Source: Myxococcota bacterium
GTDB taxonomy: Bacteria > Myxococcota_A > UBA9160 > PR03
Assembly: GCA_028284525.1 (NCBI GenBank)
Contig: JANQRO010000445.1
Span: 1-55,515 of the forward strand
Length of the DNA: 55,515 nt
Direction: 5' to 3'
Part shown: in pieces, positions 26,473 through 34,680 of the stretch
Layout of the letters: the number at the start of each line of letters is the position of its first letter
Numbering within the stretch: position 1 is the first letter of the stretch
Notes under the pieces: model-generated
Told to the model about the DNA's origin: nothing
Databases searched by the model: none
What the model saw: the letters and a program-made list of their open reading frames with translations, nothing else
Translations under genes and position numbers: made by a program

Positions 26473-27654
26473 CTACGCCGCCTGGCGTCGCGCTTCGTCC
26501 TCCGCGGTGGGGCCCTCCACCCGGTAGAGGGCCTGGGCGTTGTCCCAGAGGATCTTCTTGCGCACCTCCGGGTCGCAGTCGTCGAGTCCACCCGAGATGC
26601 GCTCCGCCACCTCGTCGCCGTAGAGCGAGGTGGGGTGCGGGAAATCGGTCTCGAACAGGATGCGGTCGGCGCCGACCTTGTCGATCAGTCGCCGCGGCGC
26701 GATCTGCTCGAACCAGTAGCAGGCGTAGACGTTGCGCGAGAAGTACTCCGAGGGGAGCAGGTCGAGATCGGGTCGGGTCTCGGGCACCCGGTTGCCGAGG
26801 AACTGGTAGTCGAGGGCCTCGAGGGCGAAGGGGATCCACCCGATGCCGCTCTCGACCGACACGAACTGGATCTCGGGAAAGCGCGCCGGCACGCCCGAGA
26901 CCAGCAGGTCTGCCAGGTGCATCCCGTTCTTGAAGAAGATGTCGACCGACAGCGACGCGAAGGTCGCCATCTTGCCATAGTGCTTCACCTTCTCCCGGGA
27001 GAGGAAGCCGTCCATGTCCCCGGACCCGATGTGGAAGCTCACCGGAAGCGAGAGCTCCTGTGCGACCTCCCAGAGCGGATCCCAGTGGGGGTCGCCGAGA
27101 ATCGGCAGCCCCAGGGACTGGGGCTCGCCGGTGAACAGGATCCCGCGGTGCCCCATCGCGTGACAGCGCCGCACCTCGGCCACCGAGGCCTCGACGTCCC
27201 AGAAGGGGGTCGAGGTGATCGGCAGCAGACGCCGCGAGTCCGCCGAGGCCCACTCGGTCTGCCAGTCGTTGTAGGTCTGGACACAGGCGAGCTTGAGCTC
27301 CGGATCGTCGATCTTCAGGAACTCCTGGTTTCCGAAGCCCCCGACGTTCGGGTACATGACCATCGCCCAGATGCCCATCTGGTCCATGTACTTGAGACGC
27401 TCCTTGGCGTCGTAGGCGCCCGGATGCATGTCCTCGTAGCTCGTCGGCCACTGGAGCATGTCGCCGACCCCGGCGGTCGCCGTGAGACCGGGGTTCGCGA
27501 TCCGGCGGTCGCCCAGGTACCACCACAGCCGGCCTTTGGCGTCCTTGTCGACGTAGGGGACCTTGTCGCGCATCCCGTCCGGAACGCGGGCGGTCCAGAG
27601 GTCGGGGACCTCGGTCACGTGGGTGTCGACGTCGATGATGGTGTAGCCGCTCAT
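26473..27654 (-). CDS. Amidohydrolase-2 family metal-dependent hydrolase/decarboxylase
   Basis: 393 aa. N-terminal ..IIDVDTHV.. (HxH-type metal site), ..SFHIGSG.. and ..LFETDFPHP... Confidence 0.85.
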   Translation of the reverse strand: MSGYTIIDVDTHVTEVPDLWTARVPDGMRDKVPYVDKDAKGRLWWYLGDRRIANPGLTATAGVGDMLQWPTSYEDMHPGAYDAKERLKYMDQMGIWAMVMYPNVGGFGNQEFLKIDDPELKLACVQTYNDWQTEWASADSRRLLPITSTPFWDVEASVAEVRRCHAMGHRGILFTGEPQSLGLPILGDPHWDPLWEVAQELSLPVSFHIGSGDMDGFLSREKVKHYGKMATFASLSVDIFFKNGMHLADLLVSGVPARFPEIQFVSVESGIGWIPFALEALDYQFLGNRVPETRPDLDLLPSEYFSRNVYACYWFEQIAPRRLIDKVGADRILFETDFPHPTSLYGDEVAERISGGLDDCDPEVRKKILWDNAQALYRVEGPTAEDEARRQAA

Positions 27655-27773
27655 GGGTCGGCTCCTCCCGGGCGAGTGTGATGTGGCGAGCGGAGCGGAG
27701 CTCGGCTCGCGCGCTCAGTGTGCCGCAGCGCGCCGCCACGCGCCGCGGTGGGGCGGGTGGACCCGGGTCGGGC

Positions 27774-28688
27774 TCAAGCGCCCATCAGTGCCGCGTGGAG
27801 CTCCCAATCGGGGAGACAGGCGTAGGGCACCTCGTGGCCGTGGACCCGGGGGACGAGGGGCCCTCCGTCCTCGGCGCAGCGGATCGAATTCACCGCGACC
27901 TGGGTGGCGCCCGCGGCGAAGTGCTGGTCGATGCGGGCGCGGATCTGCTCCAGCGAGCCCCAGGCCACCAGGGCGTCGACCAGACGCTCGCTCCCGCCCC
28001 CCTCGAGGTCGCTCTCGTCGAAGCCGTAGCGGAACCAGTTCTTGTAGTAGTTGGGCGCCGCGACGTAGAAGGCGATCGCAGTGCGGGCGATGGCGCGGGC
28101 CCGCTCCGGGTCCTCACAGAGCACGCAGTGCTGCATCGTCGAGATCCAGGCGTCCGGACCCAGGGCCTTGCGCGCCCGCTCGGTGTGCTCGGGCGGGCAG
28201 TTGGCCGGGAGGATCCCCCGGGCGCGCTCGCCCGCCAGCTCCACCATGCGCGGCCCGAGGGCGGCGAGGACGGTGGGCGGGTCCTCGCCGGGGAGCAGTC
28301 CGCGCGCCTGGTCCATTCGGTCGAGGTACTCGCGCATCGCGGTGAGCGGGCGCGCGTAGGCGTGGCCGCGGGCCTCGCGCACCAGCGCGTCGTGGGACAC
28401 CCCGAGACCCAGGATGAAGCGTCCACCGGAGAATTCGTGGAGCGAGCGCGCTCCCTGCACCATGGCCATGGCGTCCCGGGCGTAGATGTTGGCGATTCCC
28501 GCACCGACCTGGATGCGCTCGGTGGCGTCCAGCAGGTGGGCCCCGCAGGCGAAGCTCTCGTAGTGGAGCGCCTCCACGTACCACAGGGCCTCGTACCCCA
28601 GCGCTTCGGCGCGTTGCGCCGCGTCGCGGAGCTCGGCTCCGCGGAGCGCGTCGGAGTAGAGAAAGAGCGCGAGACTGCCTTGTCGCAC
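27774..28688 (-). CDS. LLM-class (probable F420-dependent) oxidoreductase
   Basis: 304 aa. ..GYEALWYVEA.., ..IQVGAGIANIYARD.. and ..GGRFILGLGVSH... Confidence 0.85.
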   Translation of the reverse strand: MRQGSLALFLYSDALRGAELRDAAQRAEALGYEALWYVEALHYESFACGAHLLDATERIQVGAGIANIYARDAMAMVQGARSLHEFSGGRFILGLGVSHDALVREARGHAYARPLTAMREYLDRMDQARGLLPGEDPPTVLAALGPRMVELAGERARGILPANCPPEHTERARKALGPDAWISTMQHCVLCEDPERARAIARTAIAFYVAAPNYYKNWFRYGFDESDLEGGGSERLVDALVAWGSLEQIRARIDQHFAAGATQVAVNSIRCAEDGGPLVPRVHGHEVPYACLPDWELHAALMGA

Positions 28689-28710
28689 GGGAGACCTCCA
28701 GGTCGGTGAT

Positions 28711-28807
28711 GCCGCGGCGCGCGGATCCCCGCCGCTTCGGCGACGCGCCGCGGCGCGCGGATCCCCGCCGCTTCGGTGCTTCGGCGACCCGCCGCGGCGC
28801 GCGGATC
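28711..28807. repeat. Intergenic tandem direct repeat (about 2.7 copies of a ~36-bp unit)
   Basis: gccgcggcgcgcggatccccgccgcttcgg occurs identically at 28711-28740 and 28747-28776. A third partial copy, gccgcggcgcgcggatc, lies at 28791-28807. The repeat sits in the divergent region between the LLM gene and the MerB-like gene. Confidence 0.85.
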
Positions 28808-28858
28808 ACTCCAGTTCGAGCCCGATGCTACCGTCTTCGCGGACCCGGAGGGCCATCG

Positions 28859-29587
28859 ATGCCGCTTCCGACCCGCGAGTTCCCCCCCGGCTTCGCCGAG
28901 TGGCTCGAGCCGCTCTTCGAGAGCCGACGCCGTTTCGTCGCGGGCCTCGCGCCCGTGGAGCGCTGGGTCGCCGGGGCGACGGTCGAGGCCTTCGCGCTCG
29001 AAGGCTGCGGTCCGAGCCTCGCCGCCCTCCAGGCCGCGAGCCCGCACCCGCCCGAAGCGGTCGAGGCGGCGCTCCGTCACCTCGACGAGCGCGACATGCT
29101 GGTCCTCCAGGGCGACCGCGTGCTGGCCTTCTACCCCTTCTCCGATCGGCCCTGCCGTCACCGGGTGTGGGTCGAGGGCAAACGTCTCGACGCGATGTGA
29201 GCGGGGGGCGCGATCGCGATCCCCATCGTGTATGGGGACGGCACCCGGGCCCAGGTGGAGTCGGTGTGTGCGCAGTGCGACGCCGCGATCGGCTTTGGCT
29301 TCACCGTGACGGCGAACGGCGCCCGCAGCGACGACCCCGCGGCCCACGCGCTCCGCGAGTGGGACCCGATCCCCACCGCCGTCGACCGCGCCGAGCCCCA
29401 CATGCTCGACGGCATGTGAACGCGGGTGGAGTTCTTCTGTAGCGAAGAACACTTCGCCAAGTGGAAGGCGCAGCGCCCGGAAGAAGAGGGCTTCTCGATC
29501 GACTTCCACCAGAGCGCCCGGATCTGCTTCGAGTTCTACGGCGGTCTGCGCCGCGAGTTCGCCGACGCCGAGCCGCCCACGCCGTAG
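28859..29587 (+). CDS. Alkylmercury lyase (MerB)-like protein with two in-frame TGA codons (candidate double-selenocysteine protein; alternatively a pseudogene)
   Basis: ATG 28859 follows GGAGGG. One frame stays open to TAG 29585-29587 except for TGA at 29198-29200 and 29417-29419. Motifs KRLDAM-TGA-AGGAIAIP, ESVCAQC and DGM-TGA-TRVEFFCSEEHF line up with MerB RLYAW-C-ALDTLIFP, SSHCAAT and SF-C-CHVHFFAS. Confidence 0.6.
29220..29238 (+). promoter_or_regulatory. SECIS-like hairpin downstream of the first in-frame TGA
   Basis: tccccat-cgtgt-atgggga: 7-bp stem and a 5-nt loop containing GU. The loop begins 27 nt after the last base of the TGA. Confidence 0.4.
29431..29450 (+). promoter_or_regulatory. 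SECIS-like hairpin downstream of the second in-frame TGA
   Basis: gttcttc-tgtagc-gaagaac: perfect 7-bp stem and a 6-nt loop containing GU. The loop begins 19 nt after the last base of the TGA. Confidence 0.45.
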
Positions 29588-29647
29588 CGACGGTCGCGCC
29601 TCCCGCGTCGTCCGCGCGGCTCCGGGGTCCAGGGGGCGGTAGCGGTG

Positions 29648-30874
29648 TCAGCGAAGCCGCCGCGCCTCCGGGTGCCGCCAGGTCCAGAGCAGCAACACCG
29701 CCAACCCGGTCGCGTTGAAGACGATCACCGCCGCGTGGGCGCCGATCGCCTCGGCGAGCTCGCCCAGGGCGTACATCCCCACCGGCAGCGAGCCGATCGC
29801 GGTGCTGAGGAGCCCCAGGGCGCGTCCGCGCATCGTGTCGGGAACGCTGGTCATGATGAGGGCGCCCTGGGTCGAGCCGAAGAAGCCGAGCCCCACCGCG
29901 GCCACGAGCAGCGAGAGCAACACCAGGACGTAGTGCTGGAAGAGCGCAAAGCCCAGCATCACCACCATGGCCGTCGCCGGACCGTAGACGTAGACCCGGC
30001 CGCGGTGCGGGTCCGCGGTGGCCACCCACATCCCGCTCAGCATCATCCCCACCCCGGTTGCCGCCGAGAGCGCACCGATCTGGGAGGGCGAAGCGCCGAG
30101 ACCCTCGCCGATCACCTGCACGATCGGAAAGAACGGGAAGTGGAAGAGGTTCACCGTGACCGTGACGCCCAGGATCGAGACCAGGGTGGGATTGCCCGGG
30201 AGCGAGCGGAACCCGGCCGCGACGCTCTGGAGGAAGGGCTCGGCCTCCCCGCGGTGGGCGGGCGGGCGCCGCGGCACCGTCGCCATCAGGCCCGCGGCCA
30301 CCAGGACCAGCGCCGAGATCGCGAGGTAGGCGGCTCCGACGCCCAGCACGTCGACGACGCTCCCCGCGAGCAGGGACCCCAGGGCGAGACCGCTGGCCAC
30401 CGATACGGTCTCGAGCGCCATCGCGTTGTTGATGCGCTCGGGCCCGACCACGTCGAAGATCAGCGCTCGGCGCGCCGTCATGTCGACCACCCAGCCAAAG
30501 CCAACCAGGAGCATCGCCGCGAAGATCATCCAGGCGCGGAGCTCCCCGGCCAGCTCGAGAGCGCCGATCAGCGCTGCCAGGGGCGCCATGGTGAGGAAGA
30601 GCCCGAGGACCAGGTTGCGGCGGTCGAAACGGTCGGAGAGCGCGCCCCCGGCCAGCCCCGCGAAGAGCAACGGCCCCCACATCACGGTGCCGGTGAGCTG
30701 GACGAGACGCGGCGAGCCGGTCTCCTGGTTGATCACGAAGGCGCCGAGGAAGGCCAAGCCCCAGCGGCTCATGTTGAAGACCCAGCCGCTGGCATAGAGC
30801 GACGCGAAGTGGGGCACCCCCAGCGAGCCGAAGATACGCGCGAATCCCGAAGGCGCGGCGGGGACGTCGCTCAT
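29648..30874 (-). CDS. Major facilitator superfamily (MFS) transporter
   Basis: 408 aa, with about 12 hydrophobic segments. ..GGALSDRFDRR.. is an MFS loop 2-3 signature. Confidence 0.85.
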   Translation of the reverse strand: MSDVPAAPSGFARIFGSLGVPHFASLYASGWVFNMSRWGLAFLGAFVINQETGSPRLVQLTGTVMWGPLLFAGLAGGALSDRFDRRNLVLGLFLTMAPLAALIGALELAGELRAWMIFAAMLLVGFGWVVDMTARRALIFDVVGPERINNAMALETVSVASGLALGSLLAGSVVDVLGVGAAYLAISALVLVAAGLMATVPRRPPAHRGEAEPFLQSVAAGFRSLPGNPTLVSILGVTVTVNLFHFPFFPIVQVIGEGLGASPSQIGALSAATGVGMMLSGMWVATADPHRGRVYVYGPATAMVVMLGFALFQHYVLVLLSLLVAAVGLGFFGSTQGALIMTSVPDTMRGRALGLLSTAIGSLPVGMYALGELAEAIGAHAAVIVFNATGLAVLLLWTWRHPEARRLR

Positions 30875-30947
30875 GGCGTGACCGGGAGTAGCTCAAGTGC
30901 CCCGGCCGGCGCACACTGGCACCGACGGGCCAGGGGAGGACGCGGCG

Positions 30948-31808
30948 ATGACGACCGTGGGACGAGTGGAAGAGATCTGGCGCTACCCGGTGAAGTCGAT
31001 GGGGGGCGAGTCCCTCGACGCCGCCACCCTGGGTGTCCTCGGGGTGCCCGGGGATCGGGGCTGGGCGCTGCGCGACGAGCGCAACGGCGAGTTCCGCGGC
31101 GCGAAGAAGTTCCCGGTGTTGATGCAGTGCGAAGCGCGCTACCGCGACGAGCCGGCCGACGACGCGATCCCCGCCGTGGACGTGACCTTCCCGGCTGGCG
31201 GAGGCACGGCCAGCGATGCCGACGACGCGAACGAGCGGATCTCGGAGCTGGTCGGCGCGCCGGTGAGCCTGTGGGCGCGGGAGCCCGCGGAGAACCGGGA
31301 GCACTACCGACGCCGCGAGCGGCGTAGCCGCGACGAGACCCGGGAGATCTTGGGGCTCGAGCCGGGGGAGCCGCTCCCCGACTTCAGCATCTACCCGGAC
31401 GCGCTGCTGGCGGAGCTCGCCGAATTCACGTCCCCACTCGGCACTTACTTCGACGCGTACCCGATCCATCTGCTCACGACGAGCTGGCTGGACACGCTGC
31501 GCGAGAAGCGGCCCGGCTCGCGTTTCGACGCCCGGCGCTTTCGCCCGAACCTGCTGATCGACGGGGCGGCGCCCGGGCTCGCCGAGCTCGATTGGTGTGG
31601 AAAAACCCTCCGGATCGGAGGCACCGTGCTGCGCTGTGAAGCTCCCACCGTGCGTTGCTCGATGACGGCGCAGCAGACCGGCCCCCTGCCCAAGGACGCC
31701 AAGGTCCTGCGCACGATCGTCGCCGAGACCGCACAGCAGGTGGGCATCTACGCGACCGTGGCGCGGCCCGGTCCGGTGCGCGTCGGCGACCCCGTGGAGC
31801 TGGTCTAG
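30948..31808 (+). CDS. MOSC domain-containing protein
   Basis: Start at ATG 30948, after GGAGGA. N-terminal beta-barrel ..IWRYPVKSMGGE.. and MOSC ..RFRPNLLI.. with the conserved Cys in ..PTVRCSMT... Confidence 0.85.
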   Translation: MTTVGRVEEIWRYPVKSMGGESLDAATLGVLGVPGDRGWALRDERNGEFRGAKKFPVLMQCEARYRDEPADDAIPAVDVTFPAGGGTASDADDANERISELVGAPVSLWAREPAENREHYRRRERRSRDETREILGLEPGEPLPDFSIYPDALLAELAEFTSPLGTYFDAYPIHLLTTSWLDTLREKRPGSRFDARRFRPNLLIDGAAPGLAELDWCGKTLRIGGTVLRCEAPTVRCSMTAQQTGPLPKDAKVLRTIVAETAQQVGIYATVARPGPVRVGDPVELV

Positions 31809-32557
31809 TCGGCCACGCGAGCCCACCAGTTCGCGAACAGGCGCCTCGTGTGGTCCTGGAGTGCCGGGAGCGCCGCCAGGGTCTGCCCCTGAAAGTGCCC
31901 GAGGCCGTCCGGGCCGAAGACCCGGTCGAGCTTCTCCCGCGTCGTCTCGGTCTCGCACCAGGTGGGGAGCATCCCGGCGGCGACTTCGGCGTGGTACTGG
32001 ACCGAGAGCGCGCGATCGCCCACCGCCAGCGCCTGGACCGCGCAGCGCTGGGATCGCGCGAGCACCGTGGCCTCCGCGGGCGCCCGCAACACCTCCGCCT
32101 CGTGCCACTGGAAACGAGCGCCGGTGTCGACACCGCGGAGCCACGGACTGTCCCGCCCGGCGGCGGTGGCCTCGACCGGGAAGAGTCCGACCTCCGGATC
32201 CCGCGCGGGCCCGACGTCGCCACCGAGGGCCGAGGCGAGGAGCTGGTGACCCAGGCAGACGCCGAGAAACGGCACGCCGGCGCCGACCGCCTCGCGGATC
32301 AACCGCTTCTCGCCCACCAGCCACGGGTGCTCTTCCTCCTGCCAGACCTGGGGCGCACCGCCCATCACCCAGAGAGCGTCGAGGTCGACGGCCGCCGGTA
32401 GGGAGTCGCCGCAGTCCGGGCGGACCGAGATGGCGGTGCCCCCGGCCGCCTCGAGGAGCTCGAGAAGGAACCACGGGTGGCCACCCGCCATGTGTTCGAG
32501 GACGACGACCTCCACGGGGGCAGCATAGAAGCTGTGGAGAGGGGTCGGCATACCCAT
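31805..32557 (-). CDS. Class I glutamine amidotransferase-like protein
   Basis: ..PFLGVCLGHQLLA.. nucleophile elbow Cys and ..VQYHAEV.. His. The start is ATG 32557 or 32551. The stop overlaps the MOSC stop region by 4 nt (convergent). Confidence 0.8.
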   Translation of the reverse strand: MGMPTPLHSFYAAPVEVVVLEHMAGGHPWFLLELLEAAGGTAISVRPDCGDSLPAAVDLDALWVMGGAPQVWQEEEHPWLVGEKRLIREAVGAGVPFLGVCLGHQLLASALGGDVGPARDPEVGLFPVEATAAGRDSPWLRGVDTGARFQWHEAEVLRAPAEATVLARSQRCAVQALAVGDRALSVQYHAEVAAGMLPTWCETETTREKLDRVFGPDGLGHFQGQTLAALPALQDHTRRLFANWWARVAD

Positions 32558-32606
32558 GCGATACTCCGCCCGGGTGGGTGAGGCGGAGCGGAGTAGCGAG
32601 CGACCC

Positions 32607-34064
32607 ATGGCGCAGCAGGGCAGCCTCGGAAAGACGGGCTTCGTCGAGACCCACGGCCTCGAGAGCGACGCCCGCCGCGCCGCGGCCGACCGCGTCGAGG
32701 CGGAGATTCGCGAGCGAGGCCTCCGCACCGTCCGGGTGGCGTGGGCCGACCAGCACGGCGTGTTGCGGGGCAAGCATGTGATGGCCCGCGACCTCCCCGA
32801 TGCGTTGCGCGCCGGGGTCGACTTTCAGACCGCGACCCTCTTCATGGACACCGCCAACCACCTGATCGCCCCGATCTTCCAGCGCGAGGCCGGTCTCGGC
32901 TTCGCCGCGTTGGCCGGGGGCCCGGACGCCGTTCTCGTCCCCGACCCGACCACCTTTCGCGTACTGCCCTGGGCGCGAGACACGGGGTGGATGCTGTCGG
33001 ACATGTACCTGGCGGACGGCTCGCCCTGCCCCTTCGACACACGGCTGCTCATGCGCCGCCAGCTCGAAGCGCTGGCCGAACGCGGGCTCGACTATGTGGC
33101 GGGGCTCGAGGTCGAGTTCTACATCACGCGTCTCGAAGACCGGCGTCTCGCACCCGAGGAGGCGGGCTACCCGCCCGACCCGCCGACGGTCTCGGTGATC
33201 GCCCACGGATTCCAGTACCTGACCGACGACCGCCAGGACGAGATCGACGACATCCTCGACCCCCTGGGCCGCCACCTGGAGGCCCTGGGTCTCCCCCTGC
33301 GCACGATGGAGGACGAGTGGGGGCCCGGGCAATGCGAATTCACGTTCGACCCGCAGCGGGGCCTGGACGCCGCCGACGCGATGGTGCTCTTCCGCAGCGC
33401 GACCAAGCAGGTCTGTCGACGCGCGGGGCTCCACGCGACCTTCATGACCCGCCCGGCCCTGCCGAACTTCTTCTCGAGCGGCTGGCACCTGCACCAGTCG
33501 CTCTGCGACGCCGCGAGCGGCGCCAACCGCTTCACCGACCCGGGAGAGCCGCTCTCGTCCCTGGGACGACACTTTGTGGGCGGCCTCCTCGAGCACGCCG
33601 CCGAGGCGTCGGTCTTCGCGACGCCCACCGTGAACGGCTACAAGCGCTTTCGGCCCAACTCGTTCGCCCCCAACCGGGTGACCTGGGCGGTGGAGAACCG
33701 CGGCGCGATGATTCGCGTGGTAGGGGGCGCCGGCGACCCGGGTGCCCACCTCGAGAACCGAGCGGGTGAGCCCTGCGCCAACCCCTTCCTCTACATGGCG
33801 TCCCAGATCGCCGCCGGGCTCGACGGGATCGCCCGGGAGCTCGACCCAGGCCCGCCCGAAACCGCGCCCTATGCCTCCGACAAGGCGCTGCTCCCGGCGA
33901 GCCTGATGGACGCGCTGGAGTCGCTCCGGCGCGGGACGCTCTACCGACGGGCCTTTGGTGACGCCTTCGTCGACTATCTGCTCGCGGTGAAGCAGAGCGA
34001 AGTGTCGCGCTTTCTCGCCCACGTCACCGATTGGGAACAGCGCGAATACTTCGAGGTCTTTTGA
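32607..34064 (+). CDS. Glutamine synthetase-family ligase (gamma-glutamyl-amine synthetase-like)
   Basis: Start at ATG 32607. ..VRVAWADQHGVLRGK.., ..VEFYI.., ..EDEWGPGQCEF.., ..SGWHLHQSL.. and ..NRGAMIRV.. are GS catalytic-domain motifs. Confidence 0.85.
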   Translation: MAQQGSLGKTGFVETHGLESDARRAAADRVEAEIRERGLRTVRVAWADQHGVLRGKHVMARDLPDALRAGVDFQTATLFMDTANHLIAPIFQREAGLGFAALAGGPDAVLVPDPTTFRVLPWARDTGWMLSDMYLADGSPCPFDTRLLMRRQLEALAERGLDYVAGLEVEFYITRLEDRRLAPEEAGYPPDPPTVSVIAHGFQYLTDDRQDEIDDILDPLGRHLEALGLPLRTMEDEWGPGQCEFTFDPQRGLDAADAMVLFRSATKQVCRRAGLHATFMTRPALPNFFSSGWHLHQSLCDAASGANRFTDPGEPLSSLGRHFVGGLLEHAAEASVFATPTVNGYKRFRPNSFAPNRVTWAVENRGAMIRVVGGAGDPGAHLENRAGEPCANPFLYMASQIAAGLDGIARELDPGPPETAPYASDKALLPASLMDALESLRRGTLYRRAFGDAFVDYLLAVKQSEVSRFLAHVTDWEQREYFEVF

Positions 34065-34081
34065 TGCATCAATTCCATAAC

Positions 34082-34110
34082 TTCCGGTATTTCCTTCGGA
34101 ATCTCCTTTT
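34082..34110 (+). terminator. Weak terminator-like hairpin after the GS-like gene
   Basis: ttccg-gtatttcctt-cggaa (5-bp stem) followed by tctcctttt, in a local AT-rich patch. Low predicted stability. Confidence 0.25.
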
Positions 34111-34139
34111 CGCGTACTCAGGCGCCAGGAGGTGGTGAG

Positions 34140-34667
34140 GTGAGCTGGCGCGGTGACAAGCTCGGCGGGATGAGCCCGCAGGAGATCGACGAGTTTCTGG
34201 CGGGTCCCTGGCTGGCACGGCTCGCCTGTCTCAAGCCCGACGGCTCCCCGTACGTCGTGCCGCTCTGGTACCACTGGGACGGCAGCGCCTTCTGGGTGGT
34301 GGGCCGCGCCCGTTCTGAATGGGCCCACTACCTCGCCCGGGACCCGCGTGTCTCCCTCGTCGTCGACGAACCCGAGCCGCCGATCCGCAAGGTCCTCTGC
34401 GAGGGTCGCGCCGTGATCGTCGAGGCCGAGGTGGGTCCGGTGCTCGAGAACGGCGCGAAGTCGCTCTGGAACCGCATCGGCGAGGAGCACACCGGGCCCC
34501 GCTACCTGGGCGAGCGCGCGGCCGAGTACCGCGGCGGGGTGAACGTCGAGCCTTGCTGGACCATCCAGATCGTCCCCGAGAAATTGACGACGTGGCAGGG
34601 ATTCGGTTGGCACAAACGCTACTTCCACCCCGAACTTCACGACGCTTCGAGCTCGGATTCGGAATGA
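34140..34667 (+). CDS. Pyridoxamine 5'-phosphate oxidase (PPOX)-family flavin/F420-binding protein
   Basis: GTG 34140 lies 8 nt after AGGAGG. ..LARLACLKPDGSPYVVPLWYHWDG..FWVV.. is a split-barrel signature. Confidence 0.8.
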   Translation: MSWRGDKLGGMSPQEIDEFLAGPWLARLACLKPDGSPYVVPLWYHWDGSAFWVVGRARSEWAHYLARDPRVSLVVDEPEPPIRKVLCEGRAVIVEAEVGPVLENGAKSLWNRIGEEHTGPRYLGERAAEYRGGVNVEPCWTIQIVPEKLTTWQGFGWHKRYFHPELHDASSSDSE

Positions 34668-34680
34668 GGGGGGCCCTCGG

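Noticed and set aside
28706-28858. N-terminal extension of the MerB-like ORF through the tandem repeat (MMPRRADPRRFGDAPRRADPRRFG...).
   Set aside because: This is simply the translation of the intergenic direct repeat. A good SD (GGAGGG) precedes ATG 28859, and family-like sequence starts there.
29198-29419. Two alternative readings of the MerB-like gene: a plain pseudogene, or a genome-wide TGA reassignment.
   Set aside because: Reassignment is rejected because TGA terminates many confident genes here (for example 8097-8099, 24222-24224 and 53754-53756). Pseudogene status is not fully excluded but is disfavoured. Both stops sit exactly on catalytic-Cys positions, the frame and codon bias stay intact downstream, and each stop has a properly spaced hairpin. 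It is kept as the stated alternative in the feature call.
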